Source: Heterodontus francisci (lineage: Eukaryota). From it: a stretch of 64,000 nt of DNA. The notes under the pieces were generated by a model, which saw nothing but the letters and a program-made list of their open reading frames with translations, ran no database searches and was not told the origin of the DNA. The DNA lies in NCBI RefSeq assembly GCF_036365525.1, contig NW_027140825.1:1302001-1366000 (forward strand), read 5' to 3'. Shown one piece after another: positions 25,950 through 36,769 of this stretch. The position numbers and the translations under genes are program-made. Numbering within the stretch: the first letter of the stretch is position 1; each line of letters starts with the position of its first letter.

Positions 25950-26910
25950 TCAGGTGATGCATTTTGGCAGCAGGGAGACAGAGAGGAAATACAGACTTAA
26001 TGACACAGGCCTGAAGAGTGTTCAAGGGCAGAGGGACCTGGGGGTTAATGTGCATAGATCTTTGAAGGTGGCAGGACATATTGAGAGAGAGGTTCACGAA
26101 GCTTATGGGATCTTGGGATTCATGAACAGAGGTATAAAGTACAAAAGCAGGGTGGTTATGCTCAACATATATGAGGTTCTGGTTAGGCCCCAACTTGAGT
26201 ACTGAGCCCGGTTCTGGTCACCACACTTTCGGAAGGATGTAGGGTCCTTGAGAGGGTGCAGAGGAGATTTACCGGGATGGTTCCAGGGATGAGAGATTTT
26301 AGCTACATGGTTAGTTTGGTGAAGCTGGGGTTGTTCTCCTTGGAGCAAAGGAAATTGAGGGGAGATTTCACAGAAGTGTACAAAATGAAGAGAGGTTTAG
26401 ATAAAGTAGACAAAGAAAAACTGTTCCCATTAGCTGATTGTACAAAGACTAGGGGACGAAGAGGATAGGAACAAAACAGAGAATAAAAGCTGAGAAAAAC
26501 TGAAATCCGATAGGGAGTTGAGGAGAATTCTTTACCCAAAATACAGAATTCAATGCCAGCAGAAACTGCTAAGACAAAGGCAGGAACAGGAAGGGGCCAT
26601 TCAGGCCCTCAATTCTGTACCACCATTCAATGAGACCATGGCTGATCTGTGATCTAACTCCATGTTCCCACCTTTGCCCCATATCCCTTAATATTTATTT
26701 TGGATCACAAAAACCTATCCATCTCCGATTTCAAATTAACAATTGATTCAGCATCAATTTCCGTGAGCAGAAGAGAGTTCAAACCTCTCCACCCATTGTG
26801 TGTAAAAGTGTTTCCTAATTTCACTCCTGAAAAGTCTGGCTCTAATTTTTAGTCTTGGCCTCTTAGTCCTAGATTCCCAAACCAGCGGTAATAGTTTCTC
26901 TCTATCTACT
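25950..26910. mobile_element. CR1 3' fragments (+ then -) replacing the 5' part of V5
   Basis: RDLGVNVH, LVRPQLEY, LGLFSLEQ ORFs; a minus-strand CR1 3' UTR abuts the V5 remnant. Confidence 0.75.
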
Positions 26911-27038
26911 CCCAAAGACTAAATAAATACGACTTCAAACTGGAGACCTCCAGCCTGCGGGAGAATCACTCGGCCGTGTATTTCTGTGCCTGGAGTCTTC
27001 ACAGTGATTCAGAGAGATGGAGCAGTTCAACAAAAACA
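26911..27038 (+). pseudogene. TRBV: V5: 3' remnant of a CAWS-family V (FR3 only) with an intact 23-RSS
   Basis: ..RLNKYDFKLETSSLRENHSAVYFCAWSL, then cacagtg (27000-27006), 23 nt, acaaaaaca (27030-27038); no 5' half or leader found. Confidence 0.9.
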
Positions 27039-27907
27039 CCAAAGGCAGCAGGAAACATCTGTTTCAGAGAAAATTGCTCGGTACCTCGACCTACTGTTCC
27101 CTTATGCAGAGTGACAGTGTTTATTACAATAAAAAGAGTTGTGTTATGATTGTAGTGACACACTAGATTTACAGGTACTGCCGAGGGTGCAATGAAGGAT
27201 TAATAAGGATGTCACGAGATTTCAGAATGAAATTATCAGGAATCAATGACAATAATCTGGGTATTGAAACATTAACACTGTGTTTACCTTCTCCACAGGC
27301 ACAGCAGAGGGGGATCCAGGACCATGGACCGGACAATGGCTTTCAGAACGATTTAGTGAGAAAACTAAGAGAGCAGGAGATCATGTAGATCCAGCTTGAT
27401 ATACATCAACAGGACAAGGAAACCCACTACTTTAGAGAGAGAAAGAGTGTGTATGTGTGTGAAAGAGAGAGCGAGATCTAGTGAGAGAGAGGAAAAACGA
27501 CAGGCAGAGTTAAAGAGACTGAGACAGAGAGAGATACAGCGATCGAGGCAAAGACAGTGAGACAGCAAGAGACACATAATGAGGGAGAGAGAGAGACACT
27601 GAGATAAAGAGCTTGTGACAGATAGGGAGATAGATCTAGAGAGAGACAGAGACAGGGAAATAACTGAAGAGATAACAAGATTAAGAGAGAGGGAGAGTCA
27701 GAGAGAAGGAGAGAATGGGAGACATAACCTTAGATACATGAGGAGAGAGAGAGTCAGAGAGAGAAAGTGAGCCAAGATAGACTGAGATAGAGAGGGAGAG
27801 AGAGTCTGAGAAAGGAAGAGAGTGGGAGACATAAACCTAGACACATGAGGAGAGAGAGAGAGAGAGACAGAGAGAGAGTGCAAGAGAGCGGAAGGTAAAC
27901 TGAGATA

Positions 27908-27957
<50 letters not shown>

Positions 27958-27974
27958 CAAATTGGCAGCCAATT

Positions 27975-28070
27975 CAATTCTGATTTGTTGAACTGGGTGA
28001 ATGGGCGTCTCCAACATTGTATCACTTCCTAATGCTCTTCATGTTCCTCCCAATGATTTGTAAAGAGTGG
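27975..28070 (+). promoter_or_regulatory. Conserved putative V promoter block (ctgatt[t/g]g, gggcgt, cacttcct)
   Basis: The same block lies upstream of the CAWS-family leaders at about 36112-36200, 45860-45950 and 47763-47835; it contains inverted CCAAT-like, GC-box-like and ETS-like words. Confidence 0.55.
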
Positions 28071-28144
28071 ATTTGGACCCTCACAAGAGTCTAAGCTCCT
28101 GATCTCACTCCTGTGTCTATTAAGAGAACAAGTTGAAGTGAAAG

Positions 28145-28600
28145 ATGTATCTGTTACTGTGTCTGATAATCTTGTTTCATTGTAAGTGAATGTGAAATGC
28201 AAAAACTATCGGTAATAACTGTCCCCTCTTCTCCCTGTCTCCCTTTCATTCCCAGAAGTTCCCTGTTTACTGATCTCCTCCTCTCTCCATCTCTCTCCCA
28301 GATGTGAACTCACAGACTATCCTCCAGACTCCCGCTGCTGTCTCCAGATTTCCCGGGAAAGGAGTGGAACTGAGGTGCACAGTGGAGGGGAGCAGCAGTA
28401 ACATCTACATGTACTGGTACAGACAAGAGCCAGGGAAGGAGCCGCTGTTGATGTTTTACTCCAATACTGCTAACTATGTGGATCCAGAGGGGACGGTGGA
28501 CGGTTTTACCGCCAAGAAACTGAATAAGTACGAGTTCAAACTGGAGTCCTCCAACCTGCGGGAGAATCACTCAGCCATGTATTTCTGTGCCTGGAGTCTT
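28145..28600 (+). CDS. TRBV: V6: TCR beta-type V gene, CAWS/TRBV30-like, open frame (leader 28145-28181, V exon 28302-28600)
   Basis: Leader MYLLLCLIILFH with gtaagt; V exon SQTILQTP..LRCTVEG..YMYWYRQ..MYFCAWSL. Confidence 0.94.
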
Positions 28601-28639
28601 CACAGTGACTCAGAGAGATGGAGAAGTTCAACAAAAACC
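28601..28639 (+). other. Consensus 23-spacer RSS of V6
   Basis: cacagtg, 23 nt, acaaaaacc. Confidence 0.96.
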
Positions 28640-28980
28640 CCAAAGGCAGCAGGAAACACCTGTGTCAGATAAAACCAGTCGGTGCTGCTTCCTGTTGGTT
28701 TTTTTTTTATCATTGGGAACATGTTTCTCACAAGAAGACAGTGCGGATTTAAATAGAAAGTGACAGGTTAGATATAGAAGCACAGGGGAATTGTGGAATA
28801 GACTTTGCAGAAATGATATCAGAACACAGAGGTTAAAGTTATCAAGATAGTTTGAACATCGGGGGATCTTTGCTCCAGAAAGGAGAAACTGAAGGGTAAG
28901 CATTCAACGGTCTTAGAGAGATTATTACAGATTTTAATATGTGAAATGAAGATCAGATAAACACAGATAGATAGATAGAG

Positions 28981-29011
<31 letters not shown>

Positions 29012-30254
29012 TACATCCGTTGTCGTTGGATGTCACGGTGTTTTCTTTCTCCAAAGGGACAGCAGAGTGCGCTGCAGGACCATGATAAACATCAGAGTCT
29101 GGAACACACTTTAACAGCGACCTGGGAACACAAGGAGTTCATTCATCACCTCGAAAACACTCCGCCCTTCAATGAGATCATGACTGATCAGTAACGTCCT
29201 GTCGCTCCCTCTCTCCATCCCTCTCTCTCCCTCTCTCCATCCCTCTCTCTCCATCCCTCTCTCTTCCTCTCTCTCCCTCTCTCCATCCCTCTCCCTCCAA
29301 ACCTCTCCCTCTCTCTAGCCCTCACTACACGTAGGCAAACAACCCCACAATGTATAGGAACTAACTCAGCTCGGAACTCTTAACCATCTGAGCGCTGTTT
29401 CACACTGTTCAAAAGTGAGACCCCTCTCCAGATACCTTCATCTCCGGGACTGGGACATCTGCCTCCTGACGGCGAGATCAGAAGCTGCTGAAACCTGTTT
29501 ACCAACTTTCATCTCAGACTCGAGTCGCATTTGATGTGTTCTTCAAAGAAACCAGCAGTTCAGACCAGTGAACAATTTAACCCTTTAACTCCCATTCAGC
29601 AAAGAGGTACGGTAGCAGAGTGGTTATTTTACTGGACTAGTAATCCAGAGGCCTGTACTAATGATCCCCGGACATGAGTTCAATTTTCACCAGGGGCAGA
29701 AATGGAATTTAAATTCAATTAAATAAATAAATAGAAATCTGTCATGGAAAGTATGAGTAATCCTGTACATGGAGTGTCGTAAAAACCCAACGGATTCATT
29801 GATGTCCTTCAAGGAAGGAAATCTGCCGTTCTAACCCGGTCTGGCCTATAAGTGACTGCAGACCCACAGCAATGAGGTTGACTATTAACTGCCCTCTGAT
29901 ATGGCCCAGCAGGTACTCCCAAAGATGGTTCACCATCACCTTCTCAGGGTCAATAAGGGATGGGCACACTCTCTGGGTATAGAGGCTTGTTTCCCTGAAT
30001 TCTACTCTATCAAAGCCCTTTCTGAAATGTGAACACCTCTATTCAATCTCCCCCTATCCTCCTGTGTTGTATCATTCCACAACATTGTTATGCAAAGTAA
30101 TGGGGTGGAGCAGAGTGTCGCAGTAAGTGACTGCCAATAACAATGACAACTGGATGCTGGGTATTTAATTGGATACGATATAGAAAACGCCTGCAAGTGT
30201 GTTGTTGAAAACTCCACACGTTCACACATCGAGTTAGTATCGAATGAAGAAATC

Positions 30255-31087
30255 ATGTTGCATGAAGTTCTCTGTTTAATCTTGATGGCTGCATTCTTTC
30301 CACGTAAGTGAAAGTCAGAAACTGTGTAGAATAATGTATTGTAATGTCAGCGGTGATTCTGTCTGGAACACTCCTGTGTCTGAGTCTCACTCCACAACAC
30401 TTGAGCTCAAAGTCAAAAGTAACACCCCAGGTGTCAGGGCTGAGGGAGTGCTGCACTGTCGCAGAGGCAGGACTGAGGGAGTGCTGCACTATCGCAGAGG
30501 CAGTACTGAGGGAGTGCTGCACTATCGCAGAGGCAGTATTGAGGGAGTGCTGCACTGTCGCAGAGGCAGTACTGAGGGAGTGCTGCACTATCGCAGAGGC
30601 AGTACTGAGGGAGTGCTGCACTGTCGCAGAGGCAGTACTGAGGGAGTAACTACATTGGTTGCAAAGCCTTTCTGATGTCTTGAGGTCCTGAACGGCGCTA
30701 TATTAATGTCAGCCCTTTCTTTCTTGCAATGCAGCTCCTGCTCCAATCCATTATTGACTGAAATAATAATTTAATCGATGTTCCATCCCACAGGAATACT
30801 CGCCTCCTATGTGGAACAGTCGCCCTCTATCCTATCGATTGCAGCAGGAGATTCAACAACACTCAGATGCACGCTGACCAATACTGGCTGTACATTAATG
30901 TACTGGTACAGACAACAACCAGACAGGGCACTGGAATCTCTGTTCTATTCTGCGACAGAAGGGTCTGTTACAAATTACACGTCTGAGTCATTTAATGCAG
31001 TCAGATCCAGCAATGCACTGTTTACTTTGGCACTGAGAAACGCTGCTCCATCTCACACCGCTGTCTATTTCTGTGCTTGCAGTATCG
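30255..31087 (+). CDS. TRBV: V7: TCR beta-type V gene, open frame, two extra cysteines (leader 30255-30303, V exon 30794-31087)
   Basis: Leader MLHEVLCLILMAAFFP with gtaagt; cacag acceptor; V exon YVEQSP..LRCTLTNTGCTLMYWYRQ..VYFCACSI. Confidence 0.9.
30440..30647. repeat. 33-bp minisatellite (~6 copies) in the V7 leader intron
   Basis: agtactgagggagtgctgcactatcgcagaggc units; related to the repeat at 6527-6690. Confidence 0.92.
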
Positions 31088-31126
31088 CACAGTGTTTGAG
31101 AAAGCGGATTCGCAGCTGCAAGAACC
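31088..31126 (+). other. 23-spacer RSS of V7
   Basis: cacagtg, 23 nt, gcaagaacc. Confidence 0.9.
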
Positions 31127-31140
31127 TGCAGCGGATGAAC

Positions 31141-31368
31141 GGGAGTTCAGTGCTCATCATCCACCGGCAGGGGGCAGCAGTAGATTGAATGTCAGTGTTC
31201 ATCTTCCACCAGCAGGGGCAGCAGTAGATTGAATGTCTGTCCTCATTTTCCCCCGACAGGGGGCAACAGTAGATTGAATCGCTGTGCTCATCTTCCACCG
31301 GCAGGGGGCAGCAGTAGATTGAATCTCAGTGCTCATTTTCCACCAGCAGTTGGCAGCAGTGGATTTGA
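31141..31368 (+). repeat. ~45-bp tandem repeat (5 units), each with a CTCF-like core
   Basis: Cores ccggcagggggcagc, ccagcaggggcagc, ccgacagggggcaac, ccggcagggggcagc, ccagcagttggcagc. Confidence 0.8.
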
Positions 31369-31396
31369 GCCTCCCTGATGGTTATGGACCCAGTAA

Positions 31397-34300
31397 TAGA
31401 ACACAGACCTTAGAACATTACAGCGCAGTCCAGGCGCTTCGGCCCTCGATGTTGCGGCGACCTGTGAAACCATCTGACCTAAACTATACCATTTTCATCC
31501 ATATGTCTATCCAATGACCACTTAAATGCCCTTAAAGTTGGCGAGTCTACTACTGTTGCAGGCAGGGCGTTCCACGCCCCTACTACTCTCTGAGTAAAGA
31601 AACTACCTCTGACATCTGTCCTATATCTATCACCCCTCAACTTAAAGCTATGTTCCCTCGTGTTTGCCATCACCATCTGAGGAAAAAGACTCTCACTATC
31701 CAACCTATCTAATCCTCTGATTATCTTATATGTCTCTATTAAGTCACCTTTCCTCCTCCTTCTCTCCAACGAAAACAACCTCAAGTCCCTCAGCCTTTCC
31801 TCATAAGACCTTCCCTCCACACCAGACAACAACCTAGTAAATCTCCTCTGTACCCTTTCCAAAGCTTCCACATCCTTCCTATAATACGGTGACCAGAACT
31901 GCACGCAATACTCCAGGTGCGGCCGCACCAGAGTTTTGTACAGCTGCAGCATGACCTCGTGGCTCCGAAACTCGATCCCCCTACTAATAAAAACTAACAC
32001 ACCGTATGCCTTCTTAACAGCCCTATTAACCTGGGTGGCAACTTTCAGGGATTTATGTACCTGGACACCAAGATCTCTCTGCTCATCGACACTACCAAGA
32101 ATCTTCCCATTAGCCCAGTACTCTGCATTCCTGTTACTCCTTCCAAAGTGAATCACCTCACACTTTTCCGCATTTAACTCCATTTTCCATCTCTCAGCCC
32201 AGCTCTGCAGCCTATCTATGTCCATCTGTAACCAACAACATCCTTCGGCAATATCCACAACTCCACCGACATTTGTGTCATCCACAAATTTACTAACCCA
32301 CCCTTCTACACCCTCATCCAGGTCATTTATAAAAATGACAAACAGCAGTGGCCCCCAAACAGATCCTTGCGGTACACCACTAGTAACTAAACTCCAGGAT
32401 GAACATTTACCATCAACCACCACCCTCTGTCTTCTTTCAGCGAGCCAATTTCTGATCCAAATCACTAAATCACCTTCAATCCCATACTTCCGTATTTTCT
32501 GCAATAGCCTACCGTGGGGAACCTTACCAAACGCCTTACTGAAATCCATATACACCACATCCACGGCTTTACCCTCATCCACCTGTTTGGTCACCATCTC
32601 AAAAAACTCAATAAGGTTTGTGAGGCACGACCTACCCTTCACAAAACCGTGCTGACTATCGCTGATGAACTTATTCTTTTCAAGATGATTATAAATCCTA
32701 TCTCTTATAACCTTTTCCAACATTTTACCCACAACCGAAGTAAGGCTCACAGGTCTATAATTACCAGGGCTGTCTCTACTCCCCTTCCTGAACAAGGGGA
32801 CAACATTTGCTATCCTCCAGTCTTCCGGCACTTTTCCTGTCAACAATGACGACATAAAGATCAAGGACAAAGGCTCTGCAATCTCCTCCCTGGCTTCCCA
32901 GAGAATTCTAGGATAAATCTCATCTGGCCCAGGGGACTTATCTATTTTCACACTTTCCAAAATTGCTAACACCTCCTCCTTGTGAACCTCAATCCCATCT
33001 AGCCTAGTAGTCTGTATCTCAGTATTCTCCTCGACAACATTTTCTTTCTCTACTGTAAATACTGATGCTAAATATTCATTTAACGCAACCCCTATCTCCT
33101 CTGATTCCACACACAACTTCCCACTACTATTCTTGATTGGCCCTAATCTAACTCTAGTCATTCTTTTATTCCTGATATACCTATAGAAAGCCTTAGGGTT
33201 TTCCTTGATCCTATCCGCCAATGACTTCTCGTGTCCTCTCCTCGCTCTTCCAAGCTCTCCCTTTCGATCCTTCCTGGCTAGCTTGTAACTCTCAAGCGCC
33301 CAAACTGAGCCTTCACGTCTCATCCTAACATAAGCCTTCTTCTTCCTCTTGACAAGCGCTTCAACTTCTTTAGTAAACCACGGCTCCCTCGCTCGACAAC
33401 TTCCTCCCTGCCTGACAGGTACATACTTATCAAGGACACGCAGTAGCTGCTCCTTGAATAAGCTCCACATTTCGATTGTGCCCATCCCCTGCAGTTTCCT
33501 TCCCCATCCTACGCATCCTAAATCTTGCCTAATCGCATCATAATTTCCTTTCCCCCAGCTATAATTCTTGCCCTGCTGTATATGCCTGTCCCTGCCCATT
33601 GCTAAGGTAAACCTAACCGAATTGTGATCACTATCACCAAAGTGCTCACCTACATCTAAATCTAACACCTGGCCGGGTTCATTACCCAGTACCAAATCCA
33701 ATGTGGCATCGCCCCTGGTTGGCCTGTCTACATACTGTGTCAGAAAACCCTCCTGCACACACTGGACAAAAACTGACCCATCTAAAGTACTCAAACTATG
33801 GTATTTCCAGTCAATATTTGGAAAGTTTAAGTCCCCCATAACAACTATCCTGTTACTCTCGCTGCTGTCGAGAATCATCTTTGCTATCCTCTCCTCTACA
33901 TCTCTGGAACTATTCGGAGGTCTAGATTAGATTAGATTAGACATACAGCACTGAAACAGGCCCTTCGGCCCACCTAATCTGTGCCGACCATCAACCACCC
34001 ATTTATACCAATCCTACACTAATCCCATATTCCTACCAAACATCCCCACCTGTCCCTATATTTCCCTACCACCTACCTATACTAGTGACAATTTATAATG
34101 GCCAATTTACCTACCAACCTGCAAGTCTTTTGGCTTGTGGGAGGAAACCGCAGCACCCGGAGAAAACCCACGCAGACACAGGGAGAACTTGCAAACTGCA
34201 CATCGGCAGTACCCAGAATCAAACCCGGGTCCCTGGAGCTGTGAGGCTGCAGTGCTAACCACTGTGCCACTGTGGCGCCCCACAGGTCCATAGAAAACTC

Positions 34301-35361
34301 CCAACACGGTGACCTCTCCTCTCCTGTTTCTAACCTCGGCCCATACTACCTCAGTGGACGAGTCCTCAAACGTCCTTTCTGCCGCCGTAATACTCTCCTT
34401 GATTAACAATGCCACACCCCACCCCCACCCCCCTCTTTTACCATCTTCTCTGTTCTTACTGAAAGATCTAAATCCCGGAACCTGCAGCATCCATTCCTGT
34501 CCCTGCTCTACCCATGTCTCCGAAATGGCCACAACATCGAGATCCCAGGTACCAACCCATGCTGCAAGCTCACCCACCTTATTCCGGATGCTGCTGGCGT
34601 TGAAGTAGACACACTTTAAACCAAGTTCTTGCTTGCCAGTGCCCTCTTGCGTCCCTGTAACCTTATCCCCTACCTCACTACTTTCAACAGCCTGTACACT
34701 GGAACTACAATTTAGGTTCCCATCCCCCTGCTGAATAAGTTTAAACCCCCCCGAAGATCACTAGCAAATCTCCCCCCCCAGGATATTGGTACCCCTCTGG
34801 TTCAGGTGAAGACCATCCTGTTTGTAGAGGTCCCACCTACCCCAGAAAGAGCCCCAATTATCCAGGAAACCAAAACCCTCCCTCCTACACCATCCCTGCA
34901 GCCACGTGTTCAACTCCTCTCTCTCCCTATTCCTCGCTTCGCTAGCACGTGGCACGGGCAAGAACCCAGAGATAACAACTCTGTTTGTTCTCGCTCTAAG
35001 CTTCCACCCTAGCTCCCTGAATTTCTGCCTTAAATCCACATCTCTCTTCCTACCTATGTCGTTGGTGCCTATGTGGACCACGACTTGGGGCTGCTCCCCC
35101 TACCCCTTAAGGATCCCAAAAACACTATCCGAGACATCACAAACCCTGGCACCTGGGAGGCAACACATCAACCGTGAGTCTCTCTCGTTCCCACAGAACC
35201 TCCTCTCTGTTCCCCTAACTATGGAGTCCCTAATGTCTAATGCTCTGCTCCTCTTCCCCCTTCCCTTCTGAGCAACAGGGACAGACTCTGCACCAGCGAC
35301 CTGTACCCCATTGCTTACCCCTGGTAAGTCGTCCCCCCCCCAACAGTATCCAAAACGGTAT
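31397..35361 (-). mobile_element. Near-complete CR1 LINE (partial ORF1 esterase; ORF2 APE-RT interrupted by a SINE)
   Basis: 799 aa ORF 33878-31479 with a full RT (PQGS, FVDD); APE N-terminus in 34577-34290; ORF1 HIGTND/DGLHL at 35081-34761. Confidence 0.93.
33925..34283 (-). mobile_element. tRNA-derived HE1/V-SINE-like element inserted in the CR1 ORF2
   Basis: Minus strand begins gggcgccacagtggcacagtggttagcact (A box), gggtttgattc (B-box-like), gtgtctgcgtgggtt..ggtttcctcccac core, (tctaa)n tail; CR1 sequence resumes on both sides. Confidence 0.85.
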
Positions 35362-36278
35362 ATCCAAAATGAGCACAGACCAAGCTGTAGAATAGATCAG
35401 CAGCCCAGTATGACCCAAATATTGTTCCACCTACATCCCTCGGGCCAGTGTTGCAGAAAACGTTTGCCAGGAGTCCCACCTGACTATTTGAGAATCAACA
35501 TCTAGCTGTTGTTTTCTTAATTCGTTCATGTGATGTGGGCCTCGCTGGTTAGGCCAGCATTTATTGCCCATCTCTAATTGCCCTTGAACTGAGAGGCTTG
35601 CTGGGCCATTGCAGAGGGCATTTAATAGTCAAACACATTGTGTGGATCTGGAGTCACATGTAGGCCAGACCAGGTGAAGGCGGCAGATTTCCTTCCCTCA
35701 TAGTCGTCAGAGAACTGGATGGATTTTTGAAACAATGGACACGATTAGACGAGCTTTCTTTCCAAAAAAAAATCCAGATTTATTAATGGCATTGAAATTT
35801 CATGATCTGTATTGGTGGGATTCACCCCACATCGCTAAAACACTAGCAGAGACTGTGGATTAGGAGTCTCGTTAAATTACCAACACACTAATACATCCCC
35901 GACAGGAGCAGATCATTTGGAATCCAGATGTCTGTAATTGGAAATCTACATGTGGCTAATTTGGGAATGCCGATGAGGTTCATTTGGAAATCTGGATATG
36001 AACAACTGGAGAGTTCTAATCAGTAAATTAGAAACTGAACAACAGACACCCTTGTTGGGGATATTAACAACACTTAATCCAGTCACTCAACCATCAAAAG
36101 CAACCACGTCCATTCTGATTGGTTGGGTGGTGGAAAGGGGCGTGTCCAACACTGCATCACTTCCTCATGCCCTTCATGTTTTCCTCAATGATTTGTAAAG
36201 AGCGGATTGGTTAGTCACAGAACTGATCCCCTCTGTTCCACTGCCTTTGCTGTTTGAGAGGGCAGTGTCAAGTGGGCG

Positions 36279-36769
36279 ATGTATCTGTTCCTGGCTCTGA
36301 TAATCCTGGTTCAACGTGAGTGCCAAATACAAGGATTATCCTTCAGAACCTTTCTCTCCTCTCCCTGTTTTTCTTTCATTCCCAGAAGTTCCCTGTTTAC
36401 TGATCTCCTCCTCTCTCCATCTCTCTCCCAGATGTGAACTCAAAGAATATCCACCAGACTCCCGCCGCTGTCTCCAGATTTCCCGGGAAAGGAATGGAAC
36501 TGAGGTGCACTGTGGAGGGGAGCAGCAGTACCCTCTACATGTACTGGTACAGACAAGAGCCGGGGAAGGAGCCGCTGCTGATGTTTTACTCCAATACTGC
36601 TAACTATGTGGATCCAGAGGGGACGGTGGACGGTTTTACTGCCGAGAGACCGACTGACTCCCAGTTCAACCTGGAGTCCTCCAGCCTGTAGGAAAATCAC
36701 TCGGCCGTGTATTTCTGTGCCTGGAGTCTTCACAGTGACTCAGAGAGATGGAGCAGTTCAACAAAAACC
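36279..36769 (+). pseudogene. TRBV: V8: CAWS-family V pseudogene (in-frame TAG at 36689-36691) with a consensus 23-RSS
   Basis: Leader 36279-36315, V exon 36432-36730 nearly identical to V6 but with a stop before the second Cys; RSS cacagtg (36731) to acaaaaacc (36761-36769). Confidence 0.92.

Noticed and set aside
34225-34283. tRNA gene
   Set aside because: The A/B-box sequence is the head of a tRNA-derived SINE and runs straight into the SINE core.
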